Shown here: piece after piece, positions 55,833 through 59,322 of the stretch
How positions within the stretch are numbered: the stretch's first letter is position 1
Layout: every line of letters begins with the position of its first letter
Source of the DNA: a virus
Taxonomy: Duplodnaviria > Caudoviricetes
DNA: 59,322 nucleotides
Strand: one strand, 5' to 3'
IMG/VR virus record: IMGVR_UViG_3300020045_011589
Span: 1 to 59,322 of that record
The notes under the pieces: model-generated
The model's database searches: none
Told to the model about the DNA's origin: nothing
Seen by the model: the letters and a program-made list of their open reading frames with translations, nothing else
Program-made: the position numbers and the translations under genes

Positions 55833-55931
55833 AACTTTTCACCTCGCTTTCTAGTGGATTTAAAATATTTGTAGTCGTCATGGCTACCTAAAGCCCAAAA
55901 CGCTAATTTCGTTAGGTAATAGTCAAATAGT

Positions 55932-56174
55932 TTAGCTAGCTTGTTCATTTCTTAACCCTAAAATTTCATCAACAAAGGCTGGTCTTGCTCGCCTTATTGC
56001 CGGTTTTTTTGTATGCGCTAAAACTTCATCGAGATTGAAAAAATATTGTTTGCCGATTTTGTAACACGGTATGCGTTTATCTTTAGCTAATCGCCATACT
56101 CTTAATTGGTATTTATCTTCATTTGATTTAAATAGAACTTTGGCAAGTTCTTTTATAGTTAAAAGATTAGGCAT
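55932..56174 (-). CDS. Excisionase-like HTH protein
   Basis: LLTIKELA..L...IP.YKIG..YFF. Confidence 0.75.
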   Translation of the reverse strand: MPNLLTIKELAKVLFKSNEDKYQLRVWRLAKDKRIPCYKIGKQYFFNLDEVLAHTKKPAIRRARPAFVDEILGLRNEQAS

Positions 56175-56439
56175 TATTAACCTCTAATTTAGGCGAGGCA
56201 GGTTTTAACTTAGGAGTTTTTTGTTCCTTAAAAGCGAACTCCGAGGGCAAAAAAATGTCGGTTACACTTTTACCAAAGAATATCGCTATTTTACACATAG
56301 TTGAATAATCGGGATCAACATCATCATTGATAATCTTGTACCATTGCTTGCGACTGATACCTATTCTATCGGCCTCGTCTGTTACCGATAAGTTTCTTTG
56401 CTTTCTTATTTTGTTTAAAATCTTAATTGACTTCTTCAT
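56167..56439 (-). CDS. Cro-like XRE HTH regulator
   Basis: IRKQRNLS...A..IGISR...I...P...KIA.FFG.SV.DIF. Confidence 0.85.
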   Translation of the reverse strand: MKKSIKILNKIRKQRNLSVTDEADRIGISRKQWYKIINDDVDPDYSTMCKIAIFFGKSVTDIFLPSEFAFKEQKTPKLKPASPKLEVNNA

Positions 56440-56460
56440 GTGTGTTCCCTTTCGAGTAAC

Positions 56461-56489
56461 AATATATACCTTATTATCGACATTGTCAA
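56461..56489 (-). promoter_or_regulatory. Early lytic promoter TTGACA-17-TATATT
   Basis: Consensus hexamers with 17-nt spacing upstream of the Cro-like gene. Confidence 0.75.
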
Positions 56490-56646
56490 GCCAAAACTTT
56501 AATAAATTTATTGCCCTTTTTACCTGGCATTATGTAGACTATATGCAAAAGATAGGCAATATTATGTTCCTTATTAGAAAATAATTTTTTTGTAACCTGG
56601 AAGTAGCGAACGCTAGATTGGACAAATAGCAACCGATGTACCTAAA

Positions 56647-57093
56647 ATGGAGTACTCAATGCAATACAGCAATAAACTAATAGGGTTGAAGCTGAAAGAG
56701 ATCAGAGAAGAACATCTTGATTGGTCAGTACAAAAAGCAGCAAAAGTTTCAGAAGAAAAATATAAACAAGGAATAATAACCAAAAAATTTACTGCCGGAC
56801 AAGTAAGCGATTGGGAAAACGCCGTAAAAGGATTACCCACTTGGAGACTAGCAGAAGCACTTGAAGTTTACGGAATTTCATTAGCTCATTTTTTTGAACT
56901 AATAGAAGGACAAAGAGTAACAGTTGATATTACAGATTTACTTCCTAAATATAAACAAAGAGTTTGGGATCAAGTAAACGAATATCGGGAGTTTAGCAAG
57001 ATGATAGAAAAAAACCCTAAAGAAGAAACTGAATATAAGCCAAGCGATCCACAAAAAAAACCAAAGGATCAAAGAAGGTCAGCAGCAAGTTAA
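56647..57093 (+). CDS. CI-like repressor (XRE HTH)
   Basis: IG.KLKEIRE...VSDWEN...YGISL; divergent from Cro. Confidence 0.75.
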   Translation: MEYSMQYSNKLIGLKLKEIREEHLDWSVQKAAKVSEEKYKQGIITKKFTAGQVSDWENAVKGLPTWRLAEALEVYGISLAHFFELIEGQRVTVDITDLLPKYKQRVWDQVNEYREFSKMIEKNPKEETEYKPSDPQKKPKDQRRSAAS

Positions 57094-57172
57094 CCAGTGT
57101 TAAGATTAAGCGTATTGGTAAGGTAACGCATATAATAAGAGTTAAAAGGGGATATTTAAGAAAGGACTAAAA

Positions 57173-57919
57173 GTGTCTGAAAAAAAGAAGTGGTATCAGT
57201 CTACGTTAACAATTGTCTTGTTTGGTTTTTTACTCCCACCGATTGGGCTTGTACTAGCAGCGATTAATCCACACTATAAAAACAAAACAAAGCTTATTAG
57301 CAGTAGCATAATAGGACTATGGTTTGTTTTAATGCTGGCTTCCAGCGGTGATACTAAGCCTAGTGTAAAGCAAGCACCCCCCGAACAGAAACAGGTCGTT
57401 AAAAAAGTTGATGATACTGATGAGGACATCAAAAAGGCTACCGAATACTACGACGAAGCAGTGTCTTTACAGGCCCAAGCAAAATATGATCAAGCCCTCG
57501 AAGCCATACAAGAAGCAGTTGATATGGAAATTACAGATGTAAATTTAAGAAGTAAAATATCTGATAAAAAAGTGGAGATTGAAAAGCTAAAAAAACTAAG
57601 AGAAGAAGAGGTCAATAAATTAGCAAAAGAAGCCGAGGCAAAAGAGGCAGCGCAACAACAAGCTGCTGAAAAGGCTGCCGCTGAAAAGGCTGCGAATACA
57701 TTTACCGACGGGACATATCTTGTGAATACTGATATCAAGCCTGGAACCTATCGTGGTACGTTGACAGGTGATACAGGCTATTGGGCTAGATTGCGTGATA
57801 CGAGCGGCGGCTTGAATAGCATTATCGCAAATGGACTTCCCAGCGGGCCTTTTGTTTTGACAATAAGTAGTAGTGATAATGCTATAGAGATAAGAAATGT
57901 AACACTAGTCAAAATGTAG
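57173..57919 (+). CDS. Membrane protein (lysogeny moron)
   Basis: KKWYQ + 2 TM segments; helical linker; DGTYLV..DI.PGTY...YWARL...IIAN C-terminal domain. Confidence 0.7.
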   Translation: MSEKKKWYQSTLTIVLFGFLLPPIGLVLAAINPHYKNKTKLISSSIIGLWFVLMLASSGDTKPSVKQAPPEQKQVVKKVDDTDEDIKKATEYYDEAVSLQAQAKYDQALEAIQEAVDMEITDVNLRSKISDKKVEIEKLKKLREEEVNKLAKEAEAKEAAQQQAAEKAAAEKAANTFTDGTYLVNTDIKPGTYRGTLTGDTGYWARLRDTSGGLNSIIANGLPSGPFVLTISSSDNAIEIRNVTLVKM

Positions 57920-57949
57920 GCTGGCAATGCAAATAAGAAAAGGGGGAAA

Positions 57950-58465
57950 ATGAAAAGATTAATTAGCTTGTTGAGCATCATTGTTTTGTTAGGATTGCCA
58001 GGTTCAGCGTTTGCAAGTCATTTAGTCGTGCTTTCAAGCCCCATAAACGGAGCTAAAATTATTGAGGATCGCCCATCTTTCTATTTCGATTATGAGTGTG
58101 GTGTCGCCAACGATTATGCGGTGATTGAAGTGGCTACAAGGCCCGATGTCGGTTCTGATGGTAAGTTTTATAGTGAGAACGTAGTTATTTGGGACTTAGT
58201 TAATTATCCACAAAAATGGTATAAAAGCAGCTCTACAAAACTAAAAAGCGGAACCTATTATTGGCATATTTCGCATTCAGGGAGTTGCGGCGATAGCGTT
58301 GATTATCATACCGTTTTTAGCTCGATGTGGTCATTTAAAAAACTGACAAAAACAAGAGTATCTAAATCTAGTCACAAAAAATGCAAAGATAAAAAATATC
58401 ATGCCAAGCACTGCAAAACGATAAAAAAACATCAAAAGAAATGTACTAAAGTTATTTACAAATAA
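57950..58465 (+). CDS. Secreted protein with Lys/His/Cys-rich tail
   Basis: Signal peptide ending AFA; GTYYW Ig-like motif. Confidence 0.65.
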   Translation: MKRLISLLSIIVLLGLPGSAFASHLVVLSSPINGAKIIEDRPSFYFDYECGVANDYAVIEVATRPDVGSDGKFYSENVVIWDLVNYPQKWYKSSSTKLKSGTYYWHISHSGSCGDSVDYHTVFSSMWSFKKLTKTRVSKSSHKKCKDKKYHAKHCKTIKKHQKKCTKVIYK

Positions 58466-59322
58466 ATGGCTATAGCAGATAAGAACGGCTTTAAGTATAT
58501 AGTTCAATCCCTACCGGACAGAAAACAAAAATGGATCCCACTCGGCAAGATGTCTAAGACAAAGGCCCGGGAATTAGAGCATGAATATAAAATAAGAAAT
58601 AGAAAAGCCGGATTTAAAGATATTCACGATGTAACCTTTAGTCAACTAGCGTCAATTTACTTAAGATATCAAAAACCACGATTACAACTATCCACCTTTA
58701 AAGGCTATGAGTATATGCTTAGAGTCCACGTACTCCCTTACTTTGAGGACTATAAGTTAGGCGATATAACGCCATTTGTTTTGGATCAGTACATTGCAGA
58801 TAAAAAAACAGAAACAAAGTTAAGCAATAAATCTATCGGCTATCAATTAAAACTAATCAAGGCCATGTTTAAAAAGGCTATTATATGGGATTTGGTAGAC
58901 AGTAACCCGGTTGAAAAGATTGAACTTCCAAAGGTATCTAAATATAAGGCTAAATACTTAGAACCAGAGGAGCTGACACGACTTTTAAGCCAGTTTGATG
59001 GTAATTTGAAGCATAAGGCTTTTGTTACCACGATAGCGCTTACAGGATTGCGTAGAAGCGAGGCATTGGGTCTTTATTGGGATGATATAGACTTTGACAA
59101 CAATACTTTAATGATTAAGAGAGCTTATGTTTTAAAGCAATTCGGGCCAACTAAAAACAAAGAGGAGCGCATGGCTTTATTAACACCGGTCTTAGCGGTG
59201 ATACTCAAAGAGTGGAAGCTTGCTTGCCCTCCAACTAAGTTGGTTTTTCCAGGCAAAGATATTAATAAGCCCTTTAGAGCTGATACATTTTATAGAGTTC
59301 ATTTTTTGCCGGCTATAACAAA
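58466..59322 (+). CDS. int: Tyrosine integrase, N-terminal part (351 aa in total, continues at 122-320)
   Basis: ATG at 58466 directly after the upstream stop; manual translation MAIADKNG...ALTGLRRSEALGL (catalytic Arg box); joins in frame with 39..320. Confidence 0.93.
   Translation, partial: MAIADKNGFKYIVQSLPDRKQKWIPLGKMSKTKARELEHEYKIRNRKAGFKDIHDVTFSQLASIYLRYQKPRLQLSTFKGYEYMLRVHVLPYFEDYKLGDITPFVLDQYIADKKTETKLSNKSIGYQLKLIKAMFKKAIIWDLVDSNPVEKIELPKVSKYKAKYLEPEELTRLLSQFDGNLKHKAFVTTIALTGLRRSEALGLYWDDIDFDNNTLMIKRAYVLKQFGPTKNKEERMALLTPVLAVILKEWKLACPPTKLVFPGKDINKPFRADTFYRVHFLPAIT
59202..59322. repeat. Terminal overlap identical to 1-121
   Basis: Exact duplicate of the first 121 nt. Confidence 0.97.

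Larger units (their letters stand above)
1..59322. mobile_element. Complete temperate siphovirus genome (excised/circular form)
   Basis: Integrase+attP, repressor switch, replication, terminase, portal, capsid, tail tube, tape measure and endolysin present; no sheath gene recognised; circular ends. Confidence 0.95.

Noticed and set aside
1-59322. CRISPR or other guide array, diversity-generating retroelement, retron
   Set aside because: No regularly spaced repeat-spacer array seen in the short intergenic regions; no reverse transcriptase or Cas-like ORF; the Dit repeats are exact rather than adenine-variable

Overview
This window is a complete, circularly assembled temperate siphovirus genome of about 59.2 kb. 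Bases 1-121 are identical to 59202-59322, and the tyrosine integrase reads in frame across that junction. The lysogeny module comprises the integrase, an attP carrying the 5' half of tRNA-Tyr(GTA), a CI/Cro-like switch and an excisionase-like HTH. The minus strand then carries early/replication genes (Rad52-like annealase, initiator, DnaC-like loader, RuvC, YopX) and tRNA-like RNAs. Next is a ~13 kb pseudaminic/nonulosonic-acid-type sugar biosynthesis cluster, followed by terminase, portal, head, tail and lysis genes and a PemK/MazF-like moron. Main candidates for novelty: (1) a phage-encoded nonulosonate pathway plus a Maf/sialyltransferase-like gene inside the head module, together with Ser/Thr- and N-x-S/T-rich virion proteins, suggesting a self-glycosylating virion; (2) three different nucleases sharing one portable control cassette (promoter, covarying 29-nt hairpin, RBS-sequestering hairpin, and an antisense promoter hidden in the conserved MKYTTC codons), one of which splits an aminotransferase gene; (3) tRNA-like RNAs with rebuilt anticodon or variable arms; (4) a shared promoter-motif-terminator architecture suggesting antitermination; (5) candidate -1 and +1 frameshift sites. 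All protein calls are by motif recognition only; no searches were run.
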